Shown here in pieces: positions 19,656 through 28,092 of a DNA stretch of 64,000 bases. Both the position numbers and the translations under genes were made by a program. The first letter of the stretch is position 1. Each line of letters begins with the position of its first letter. Origin of the DNA: an uncultured delta proteobacterium (lineage in GTDB: Bacteria > Myxococcota > B64-G9). Under the pieces are notes generated by a model, which was not told the origin of the DNA, made no database searches, and was given only the letters and a program-made list of their open reading frames with translations. Where the stretch lies: the NCBI GenBank assembly GCA_963754925.1, contig CAVWHX010000004.1, positions 224,001 through 288,000 on the forward strand, in the 5' to 3' direction.

Positions 19656-20904
19656 ATGAATCTTAACGACCTCAAGAACATGAAGATCAGTGAGCTCAAC
19701 AAGCTCGCCAAGGAACTCAACGTTCAGGGCGGCGGCGGACTGCGCAAATCAGAGCTGATCTTCGCTGTGCTTCAAGCCCAAGCCGAGAAGGACGGCAACA
19801 TTTACGGTGAGGGAGTCCTTGAGATCCTGCCGGACGGCTTTGGTTTCCTGCGTTCACCGGACTATAATTACCTTCCGGGACCGGATGACATCTATGTGTC
19901 GCCCTCGCAGATCCGCCGTTTTAATCTCGCGCACCGGCGACACCATCGCGGGCCAGGTGCGGCCACCCAAAGACGGCGAGCGTTACTTCGCCTTGCTCAA
20001 GGTGGAAATGGTTAATTTCGAGGATCCCGAGCAAGCGCGCGAGAAGATCCTCTTTGATAACTTGACCCCGCTCTATCCCAACGAGAAGTTCAATCTCGAA
20101 TACGATGCCAAGAACATGAGCACCCGCATCATCGACTTATTGGTGCCGATCGGCAAAGGCCAGCGCTGTCTCATCGTGAGCCCTCCACGGGCAGGTAAAA
20201 CGGTCTTGCTGCAGGACATCGCCCACGCGCTCGCCAATAACAACAAAGAGGTTGATTTGATAGTGCTCTTGATCGACGAGCGCCCCGAGGAAGTCACCGA
20301 CATGGAGCGTTCGGTCAAGGGCGAGGTAATCAGCAGCACCTTCGACGAACCGGCCCAGCGCCATGTCCAGGTTGCCGAGATGGTGATCGAAAAGGCCAAG
20401 CGCATGGTCGAGCACGGCCGGGATGTGGTGATCTTGCTCGACTCGATTACCCGTCTCGCGCGCGCTTATAATGCGGTGGTCCCGCCCTCGGGAAAGATTC
20501 TTTCCGGCGGCGTGGATAGTAATGCTTTGCACAAGCCCAAGCGCTTTTTCGGGGCCGCCCGCAACATAGAAGGCGGCGGGTCTTTGACCATCATCGGCAC
20601 CGCCCTCGTCGACACCGGCTCGCGCATGGATGAAGTAATCTTCGAGGAGTTCAAGGGCACTGGCAACTCGGAAATGCGTCTGGATCGCAAACTGATGGAA
20701 AAGCGTATTTTTCCCTGCTTGGATATCAACGCCAGCGCGACGCGCAAGGAAGAGCTGCTCATGGACAACACTACGTTGAATCGGGTATGGATCCTACGCC
20801 AGCTGCTGCATCCTCTCAACGTGGTGGATTCCATGGAGTTCTTGCTCTCGAAGCTCAGCCGCACCGAAAGCAACCAAGAGTTCCTCGATTCGATGAATCA
20901 ATAG
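19656..20904 (+). CDS. rho: Transcription termination factor Rho (frameshift near 19928)
   Basis: [59 protein letters not shown]. Confidence 0.95.
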
Positions 20905-20923
20905 CATGCCCATCAGCAAACCC

Positions 20924-20951
20924 TTGACATCCCGTTAATTAATCGTATGAT
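20924..20951 (+). promoter_or_regulatory. Sigma70-type promoter of rpmE
   Basis: TTGACA-16 bp-TATGAT. Confidence 0.6.
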
Positions 20952-21004
20952 TATTGGCCTTTTGTTGAGGGAACGGTATCCCTGGTAGGGCAAGGAAGGA
21001 TCCC

Positions 21005-21268
21005 ATGAAGGAAGGTATTCACCCCAAATATATTGATGCGACCGTTGAGTGCGCTTGCGGTAATGTAATCAAAACCAAGTCGACGCGCGGTAGTTTCAAA
21101 ATCGATATCTGTTCGGCCTGCCACCCGTTTTTCACGGGAAAACAGAAACTGGTCGATAGCGCCGGACGAGTTGAACGTTTCCGTAAGAAGTACGGTTTGG
21201 CCGAGGAAGGCGAAGCTTCCAGTAGAACTTCCGCGCCAAACGCTGAGAAGGCAACCGAGAAATCGTAG
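21005..21268 (+). CDS. rpmE: 50S ribosomal protein L31, Zn-binding type
   Basis: [33 protein letters not shown]. Confidence 0.97.
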   Translation: MKEGIHPKYIDATVECACGNVIKTKSTRGSFKIDICSACHPFFTGKQKLVDSAGRVERFRKKYGLAEEGEASSRTSAPNAEKATEKS

Positions 21269-21325
21269 GTAGTTCATTCGAAGGCAACCAAGTTCGGGGT
21301 TTGCTTTCGTGCGTGATAAGGAAGC

Positions 21326-21357
21326 AGCCCGCCAGATATCGCCTGGCGGGCTTTTCT
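21326..21357 (+). terminator. Intrinsic terminator after rpmE
   Basis: AGCCCGCCAG/CTGGCGGGCT 10-bp stem followed by TTTCT. Confidence 0.7.
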
Positions 21358-21395
21358 GCAACCGGAAGACGTTCGTTCGCGAAGCGGGTGCGCGT

Positions 21396-22466
21396 TTGAA
21401 ACAAAAAATCAAAGTGGGCGGCCAGGCTGTCATGGAGGGCGTTATGATGCGCTCTCCCAGCAGCTTTGCGGTGGCGGTCCGCAAGCACAGCGGCGAGATA
21501 CTCCTGCGGGAATCGCCGTGGCAACCCATAGGGAAACGGTTCGCCTTTTTACGCTGGCCGTTTTTCCGTGGGTCAGTGGTGCTCGTCGAATCACTGGTAA
21601 ACGGTATCTCAGCCCTGAATTTTTCTGCCAAGGTTGCATTGGAGGACACGGTTGACACCGCATCAAATCAGTCTCCAAATAATCCCCCGCCGGATGAGCA
21701 AGCGGATTGGGCTGTATGGGGCACGGTGGCAATTGCCATGGCTTTTGGGGTCGGATTGTTTGTCGCCCTGCCGCACCTGGTCGTGTGGGCGGGGAGTCAG
21801 ATGGCCGGACAAGAGCTCACGGTGCGAGACCTTGGCTTTCACATCATTGTTGGACTGGTCAAGTTGGGGGTGTTCTTAGGGTATCTCGGTTTAATTTCTC
21901 TCATGAAAGATGTTCGGCGGCTGTTTATGTACCATGGGGCCGAACACCAGTCTATCTACACCTACGAAGCGGGGGAGCCGCTCACTGTTGAGTATGCGCG
22001 CACGCATAGTCCCTTACATCCACGCTGCGGCACAACGTTTCTCTTGCTGGTGATCGCCTTGTCTATCGTGATGTTTTCTATGGTGTTCCCTCCCCTTCTG
22101 TGGTTGCTCGGCGAACCGACATCGATTGGCTGGCTCAACCAGTTGATTTACATCATGATTAAAATACCCTTGTTGTTGCCATTGGCCGGACTAGCCTATG
22201 AGTTTCAGCGAGTTATCAGCAACCACATGGATCGGGCGTGGGTGCGGATGCTGTCGTGGCCAGGAATGCTGGTGCAGCGCCTTACCACCCGTCCCCCCAC
22301 CGATGATCAACTCGAGGTGGCTCTCACATCGCTTCGTAAAACGCTGTGGCGCGAGAGCGTCGGCGCGAATGCAACCGCTCCCGTGCTCAGCCAAGCCGCA
22401 CGCGGCCACACAATAACATTCCCCAACTTCGAGGCGGTGGTGAACGAACTCGGTGAGGGGTATTAA
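21396..22466 (+). CDS. DUF1385 membrane protein
   Basis: VGGQAVMEGVMMR, YHGAEH, HPRCGTTF, QRLTTRPP; usual position between rpmE and prfA/prmC. Confidence 0.9.
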   Translation: MKQKIKVGGQAVMEGVMMRSPSSFAVAVRKHSGEILLRESPWQPIGKRFAFLRWPFFRGSVVLVESLVNGISALNFSAKVALEDTVDTASNQSPNNPPPDEQADWAVWGTVAIAMAFGVGLFVALPHLVVWAGSQMAGQELTVRDLGFHIIVGLVKLGVFLGYLGLISLMKDVRRLFMYHGAEHQSIYTYEAGEPLTVEYARTHSPLHPRCGTTFLLLVIALSIVMFSMVFPPLLWLLGEPTSIGWLNQLIYIMIKIPLLLPLAGLAYEFQRVISNHMDRAWVRMLSWPGMLVQRLTTRPPTDDQLEVALTSLRKTLWRESVGANATAPVLSQAARGHTITFPNFEAVVNELGEGY

Positions 22467-22489
22467 AACCTATCAGAATTTTTCAGTGC

Positions 22490-23572
22490 TTGCCGGAGGT
22501 GCTGGTGTTTTCTAAGCTCGACCAGGTCGTCCAACGCTTTAAGGAACTTTCAGCGCAACTTGAAGACCCAAACGTGTACGCTGATCAGGCCCGCGTTCAA
22601 AAGATAGCCAAGGAACGCAAGGGCCTGGAGGAAATCGTCGTTACCTACCAGGAGTATACCAGGCTCGAAAAGGAAATCGCCGATAACGTTGACCTGCAAA
22701 AGGGCTCCGATCGGGAGTTAGCTTCACTGGCGGCCGAAGAACTGCCGGGCTTGCAAGCCAGGCTTGCCGATCTCGAAGGGCGTCTGAAAGCCCAGCTCAT
22801 GCCCAAAGATCCGCTCGACGAGAAAAACATCCTGCTTGAGATCCGCGGCGGCACCGGCGGTGAGGAGGCGGCGCTGTTTGCCGCCGATCTCTTTAGAATG
22901 TACACCCGCTACGCCGAGCGACACGACTGGAAGGTCGAGGTGATGAGCCAGAGCGAGGCGAGCGCCGGCGGCCTCAAGGAGATTATTGTCTTGCTCTCGG
23001 GCGAGCGTGTCTACAGCCACCTCAAGTTCGAGGGCGGCGTGCACCGCGTTCAACGGGTGCCGGCCACCGAGGCGCAAGGACGGATTCACACGTCCACCGT
23101 CACGGTAGCGGTGCTGCCGGAGGCGGACGAGGTGGATGTGGCGCTCGAGGAGAAAGATCTCGACATTTCGGTATGCCGAGCGGGCGGACCGGGTGGCCAG
23201 GGCGTCAACACCACCGATAGCGCGGTGATCATTGTTCACATACCTACCGGCCTCACCGTTCGCTGCCAAGATGAACGCTCGCAGCAAAAAAACAAAGCCA
23301 AAGCCAAAAAGATACTCCTGGCGCGTCTGTTGGAGATCAAACTACGCGAACAGGAAGCCCAGGTGACTGAAAGTCGGCGCCGTATGGTCGGCTCGGGTGA
23401 ACGCGCCGAGAAGATCCGAACCTATAATTTCCCCCAAAACCGCGTTTCCGACCACCGCATCGGACTCACGCTCCACAAGCTCGATCGCATTATGGACGGG
23501 GACCTTGACGAACTCCTCGACGCGCTCAAAACTCACTTCCAGGCCGAGGCGCTCAAGGGGAGCAACTCTTGA
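22490..23572 (+). CDS. prfA: Peptide chain release factor 1
   Basis: GGEEAALF, VQRVPATE (PxT motif of RF1), GGQ, IRTYNFPQ; start may be GTG 22505. Confidence 0.96.
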   Translation: MPEVLVFSKLDQVVQRFKELSAQLEDPNVYADQARVQKIAKERKGLEEIVVTYQEYTRLEKEIADNVDLQKGSDRELASLAAEELPGLQARLADLEGRLKAQLMPKDPLDEKNILLEIRGGTGGEEAALFAADLFRMYTRYAERHDWKVEVMSQSEASAGGLKEIIVLLSGERVYSHLKFEGGVHRVQRVPATEAQGRIHTSTVTVAVLPEADEVDVALEEKDLDISVCRAGGPGGQGVNTTDSAVIIVHIPTGLTVRCQDERSQQKNKAKAKKILLARLLEIKLREQEAQVTESRRRMVGSGERAEKIRTYNFPQNRVSDHRIGLTLHKLDRIMDGDLDELLDALKTHFQAEALKGSNS

Positions 23573-24456
23573 GCCGCGGCGCAACGCGTCAACGCCCCAA
23601 GACCATCCTGCAGTTCCTCAAGCAGACCGAGGAGTACCTCGGCAGGCATTGGTCAAAGACGCCGCGCCTGGATGCCCAGGTACTGCTGGCGCACGCCCTC
23701 AAGATCGAGCGCGTCCAGCTGTATATTGAATATGACCGGCCGCTCTCGGGGCCCGAGGTCAATGTATTCCGCGAGTTGGTCCGGCGCCGAGCACAACATG
23801 AACCGGTCGCGTACCTCGTGGCCCAAAAAGAGTTTTGGTCTCTTCCCTTCCGAGTCGATACGCGAGCCTTGATCCCGCGACCCGATACCGAAACCATCTT
23901 GGTGGAGATCGAGCGCCTGTATGCCAATGCCGACGTGCACTGGTTTGCCGATATCGGTACCGGCAGCGGTTGCCTCGCCTGTGCCCTGCTGCGGATGTTC
24001 CCGCAGAGTCATGGCATTGCTACCGACCAGCATGTTGACGCTCTTGCCCTCGCCGACGAAAACGCCCACGCCCTCGGGGTGCGCGAGCGGATAGAGTTGC
24101 GCTGCGGCGATCTGCTCGCGCCAGTGCTTCCCCGGCGTGTGGATCTCATCTGCGCCAATCTTCCCTACATTCCAACGCAACAACTAAAACATTTGCCGGA
24201 TTCCGTACGACATTTCGAGCCCTGGCAGGCTCTTGACGGCGGGCCGGATGGGCTTACCCTCATCCGCAGGATGGTGAAGATGTCCCCGCAGGGCTTAAAC
24301 CCAGGCGCGTGGCTGGTGCTCGAGGTCGGAGAGGATCAGGCAGCCGAAGTTTGTGATCTTTTGAATCGGGCCGGCTTTGCTGAAGTGCACACCCGCAGAG
24401 ATCTAGCCGGGATCGAACGAGTCGTGGCCGGAAGAGCTAGTCCCCTTCGGGGATAA
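23569..24456 (+). CDS. prmC: Release factor glutamine methyltransferase
   Basis: EPVAY, LIPRPDTE, DIGTGSG, NLPY (NPPY-like), ALDGG.DGL. Confidence 0.92.
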   Translation: MSRGATRQRPKTILQFLKQTEEYLGRHWSKTPRLDAQVLLAHALKIERVQLYIEYDRPLSGPEVNVFRELVRRRAQHEPVAYLVAQKEFWSLPFRVDTRALIPRPDTETILVEIERLYANADVHWFADIGTGSGCLACALLRMFPQSHGIATDQHVDALALADENAHALGVRERIELRCGDLLAPVLPRRVDLICANLPYIPTQQLKHLPDSVRHFEPWQALDGGPDGLTLIRRMVKMSPQGLNPGAWLVLEVGEDQAAEVCDLLNRAGFAEVHTRRDLAGIERVVAGRASPLRG

Positions 24457-24492
24457 GAGCCCGTAACTCCCTTCGGTCGTAACGGGCTCTAA
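24451..24492 (-). repeat. Palindromic module A copy 2 between convergent genes
   Basis: GGATAAGAGCCCGT-AACTCCCTTCGGTCGTA-ACGGGCTCTAA; contains both flanking stop codons. Confidence 0.8.
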
Positions 24493-24845
24493 CTTGGACC
24501 GCCAGACTCCATGATGACCTTCTTGATATGGTCGGCGAGTATCTGAGAACCGTCTCCCTCCATCCTGACGATTCGCATCTCCATCCCGCCGACGCCCCGC
24601 TGAATGCCGCGGTCGAGGGCCTCGGCCGCGGTGAGGTTCCGGCGCACCTCGGCGTGGGCCACGATCGTTCGCTTCTCTATCGAGAAACGAACGGTCACTT
24701 GGGTGTATGGGTCAAGGGTCTGTTCAGTCGGCACAAATAGCCCTCCCGGGCTCACGAATATAGTTGTATAACGCTGGGTGTTTCGCGGGGTTTCGATACT
24801 AACCTTGGTCTCGATACGGGTCCATGTTTCGCGGCGAACCGCCAT
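24489..24845 (-). CDS. PilZ-like domain protein
   Basis: RRETWTR (RxxxR-like), VSPGGLFV, AEVRR, GMEMRI; GGAGG RBS. Confidence 0.65.
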   Translation of the reverse strand: MAVRRETWTRIETKVSIETPRNTQRYTTIFVSPGGLFVPTEQTLDPYTQVTVRFSIEKRTIVAHAEVRRNLTAAEALDRGIQRGVGGMEMRIVRMEGDGSQILADHIKKVIMESGGPS

Positions 24846-24880
24846 ACTCGAACCTCCTTACCGTCTTAACTCCAATGCAA

Positions 24881-24968
24881 GGATAAGACCGTAACTCACT
24901 TTGCTCGCAACGGTCTCTAACCGCAAGGATAAGAGACCGTAACTCGCTTCGCTCGCAACGGTCTCTAA
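24881..24968 (-). repeat. Palindromic module A copies 3 and 4 in tandem (24881-24920, 24927-24968)
   Basis: GGATAAGA(GA)CCGTAACTCRCTTYGCTCGCAACGGTCTCTAA twice, joined by CC-GCAA-GG. Confidence 0.85.
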
Positions 24969-25163
24969 CCCTAACGATTAAAAACACTTTGCAGTGTAGT
25001 GCCCGAATTCTTGTCCCGTCAAGGAAGAATTTTTTTTGCGACTAACGGCTAAAATGTTCGGGTCAAAAAAGATGTCCTCCCCAGGCGGGAGGATTTTCTG
25101 TAGAGCCTGTGCGTCGGGGCCATGCTTGGGTGTTGGGTTGGCGCAGGGGCCTCGAGGGCACTC

Positions 25164-25598
25164 TCATACTGACTTCGAGATCTCGTGCTCAGCTGCCCGT
25201 TCGTCGGTGCTTGATGCAAGCGCCTCATAAACGACTTCAGTAGCTCTAATGGCGTCGAGTGGATCGATAGCGTATAACACGGCAGCCAACGCTCGCGCTC
25301 GATGGAATGCTCGCAGGCCTTCCGCGGGAAGCTTCTTATTCGCTTCCAGCTCTTCCTGCATCTTCAGGTACCTACTGTCCCATCGCTCTTGCGACTCCCG
25401 CAATCGCTCTCGAGCACTTGCTTGAAGCTGCTCCCGACCATACACCGCAGCGAGAACAGCCTTCGCAAGCGCTGACTCTGCGTCCCATTTCTGAATCGCA
25501 ATGCGAACTGCTGTTCCCACCACTCGTTGCAAACCTTCAGTGGAGGCTCGCAAAATCTTGTCGGCAAGTGCAGGACACCTTGAATGTAGTCTTGTCAT
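25164..25598 (-). CDS. Helical hypothetical protein, possibly toxin-immunity-like
   Basis: Isolated 144-aa ORF with codon usage unlike neighbours; 'DSRYLKMQE...AFHRARALAAV' recalls immunity-type proteins. Confidence 0.45.
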   Translation of the reverse strand: MTRLHSRCPALADKILRASTEGLQRVVGTAVRIAIQKWDAESALAKAVLAAVYGREQLQASARERLRESQERWDSRYLKMQEELEANKKLPAEGLRAFHRARALAAVLYAIDPLDAIRATEVVYEALASSTDERAAEHEISKSV

Positions 25599-26049
25599 CT
25601 TTCTCTTACTTTTTAGTGAGGTGATAATGAGAACACCCGCTTCCTCTAACGCTGTCCGATACTGCTGTAATCGCGGCCCCTAGAGTGCCGAATCTTGAGT
25701 AACTGTAGAGGAAGGCGACTACCTGAAAACTACCTCAACAATACCGAGAAGTTATGTGGCAAAATTGAGCGATGAGCAGGAAATTAATTTTGCGTTGTCA
25801 GGGGCAAATTGGGCATACACCGGTGACAAGAACGGCCTTCGCAATCGGAAAACAGAAGCTATCTGTCTTTTTGCAGTAGGAAACTTGGAAGAATTTTTTT
25901 CTTCAAATACCTGGAAACAGCATTGACAATTCTCCAAAAATAATTAAGTACAGTGTTATTGGTCCTCGTTGAGGGCCTGGTCTTGATGACTATGGAATGC
26001 TAGCGTCCAATGGCTATGTTGCTGAAGAGATGGCAAAAGGAAGTTACGT

Positions 26050-26827
26050 ATGGGTCGCGTTCTACCACAACGATTCGTGGGCCGATCGAAAAGCATCGTG
26101 GCCGGTCTATCGGTGCTTCTGATCGCGACCACGCTGCCGAGTGCGTTGCGCGAGCCTGCGGTGGTAGCGTCCCTTCCCTCCGTTGGCCCGGATATTCTTC
26201 TCCTGGGTACTCCCCGTCTGTTGGAACAAACATTCTCTGATTGGCGACTATCGGGAGTGATGGATGAAATGCGTAGGACCGCATTGCATAATCATATCCA
26301 TGCCGTGCTTTCCCAACATCTCGTCGGCAGCTCACCGGATGAGCGGGAGCGTTTAACCACGGTAATCATTAAAGAATTGTCAGAAGGTTGCCGTCGACCC
26401 GTTTTTAGTGTTGGCCCTGATCCAGGTGGAAAGTTCGTTTTTAGTCAAGGCCATTTCGCCCGTTGGTGCTCGCGGTTTGATGCAGATTGCCCCCGAGACC
26501 GCGCACCAACAAGCAGAAAAACTCGGCATGACCTGGTCCGGTCCAGAACAGTTGGACGATCCGGAGATCAACATTCGCTTGGGGGTGACTCATCTCAGCG
26601 ACCTGCTGCGCATATATAGCGGCAACCAAGCGCTTGCCTTCACGGCATATCACTGTGGTCAAGGTTGCGTGGAGATGATGTATCGCCGCTTTGGCCGGCT
26701 TGATATTCACCCAGGCGGTTACTTCGAAATCATCAAACGGCTGTACCATAATTATTTACGTCAGCTAGACATAACCACCTTGGCCCTTTTGCAAACCAAC
26801 AAAACAGATAATTCCAACCGTCGGTGA
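26050..26827 (+). CDS. Lytic transglycosylase (SLT domain), frameshift near 26376
   Basis: ALIQVESSF, AISPVGARGLMQI, PEINIRLG, TAYHCG. Confidence 0.8.
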
Positions 26828-27243
26828 TGGGGGAATCCTTTTCAGTGATGAACCCGGTGGTATCCCAGGAGCACGGCATGGTCAGACACGTTCCCTTATG
26901 GCTCGCAGGCCTAGTGTTGTTCTCGAGCCTGGTGTTGCCGGCCTGTTCTTCGGCCACACGCGCTGTCATGAAAGAAGACGATATGGCTAAAGTCTTTCCC
27001 TGGCCCCGTGACGCCGAGAAAGTAAAAGTTCGGGTTATGCCCAAAACCACCTCGGCTACTATCTATAGCGGGTTGGGCTCTTGGGAAGAAGTTGAACTTG
27101 GCCCGGATACCACGTTTTTTATCACCGACTCTTTAGGAAAAGAGTTCGCATACACCCCGAGCCGCTCTCCCCTGCGACGATTGGCGCCGGTTCAGTCCAT
27201 CGAAATCCGTTGGCCCATTAAAAAGAAGGTGGAGGGACCGTGA
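26824..27243 (+). CDS. Hypothetical lipoprotein
   Basis: Lipobox LPAC after hydrophobic stretch; start probably ATG 26878. Confidence 0.55.
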   Translation: MMGESFSVMNPVVSQEHGMVRHVPLWLAGLVLFSSLVLPACSSATRAVMKEDDMAKVFPWPRDAEKVKVRVMPKTTSATIYSGLGSWEEVELGPDTTFFITDSLGKEFAYTPSRSPLRRLAPVQSIEIRWPIKKKVEGP

Positions 27244-27530
27244 AGAGGTTGTTGCGCTGGCTTGTGGTGTTGGCCGTTGTCGGCGGTCTTTGGTATGTGA
27301 CGATAGCGGTGCCCATAGGCGGGACCACGCTTCGAGAACGGGCGGGTACCTGGATTGGAAAGCTCTTCGAGACCACTCACCCTGCACCCCGACACTCACG
27401 CCAGACGGACCAAAACTCTCAACCTACCGATCAACTTACCGATACGGATCGCAAATCGCTCGACCAATTGATCGAAACCAAGTTAGAATCAGCCTCCGGC
27501 AAACCAAACGCAGCGGCCACAAAACGATAA
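27240..27530 (+). CDS. Small membrane-anchored hypothetical protein
   Basis: GGAGG RBS, GTGA overlap, N-terminal TM, VPIGGTTL and 'DRKSLDQLI' segments. Confidence 0.6.
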   Translation: MKRLLRWLVVLAVVGGLWYVTIAVPIGGTTLRERAGTWIGKLFETTHPAPRHSRQTDQNSQPTDQLTDTDRKSLDQLIETKLESASGKPNAAATKR

Positions 27531-27543
27531 CGGGCTTTTGAGG

Positions 27544-27883
27544 CTATGAATCGGGTGAGCTCGCCGCCGGTGCGGGGACCGGTGCGGGTGTCGGTGCTTG
27601 CTCGTGCTTGCTGAAAGCAGCCTTGAAGTGCTCCTCGCAGAGACCGTGCTTAAAAATCTTCTTGAGGCACTCTTTCTTTTCATTACGCTTAAGTTTTCTT
27701 GACGCCATAGTTACACGTCTTGTAACGCGGCTTAGGCAATTTTCCTTGGCGCCATTGGTGGTAGTGAACCGTACAGTAACCCTTAGCCTGGTACGGCCGT
27801 TTGCATCCGCTTATCGTACATACTTTGGCTTTTTGTACCGCTTTGGTTTTCTTTGCTTCGACATCGACGTTCTCAGTATCCAC
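27544..27883 (-). CDS. Small basic Cys/His Zn-finger protein ('vegetative protein'-like), frameshift near 27695
   Basis: C-x4-C..KGYC..HY then, after removing one A, C...C..HGLCEEHF; AAGGAGG RBS. Confidence 0.7.
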
Positions 27884-28092
27884 AGCTTCCTCCTTAAACC
27901 CTCATGGATAAGACACGACCTATTATTTCAGTACTACGAGCGGCGTAGTATGTACCGCACTTGCCCTTGATGATTCAATAGAATTCATTCGCCCCACCAT
28001 AGGGTCGTTGAATGCTTGCAATTTTCAGCTTTTTGGGTAACTCTAGTAGTGCGATTCCAAAGTGATATCAAAAAAATTATCGGGGAGGTTCG

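Noticed and set aside
19900..19960. Programmed frameshift or pseudogene status for rho (likewise fusA, hemN)
   Set aside because: No slippery heptamer or stimulatory element; one of many scattered indels
24877..24970. CRISPR array
   Set aside because: Only two abutting units, no unique spacers and no cas genes; the same unit is dispersed elsewhere
25040..25163. Integron attC site after the orphan ORF
   Set aside because: ACCCAAC is present on the minus strand but the candidate core (GTTAGTC) does not complement it and there are no L boxes
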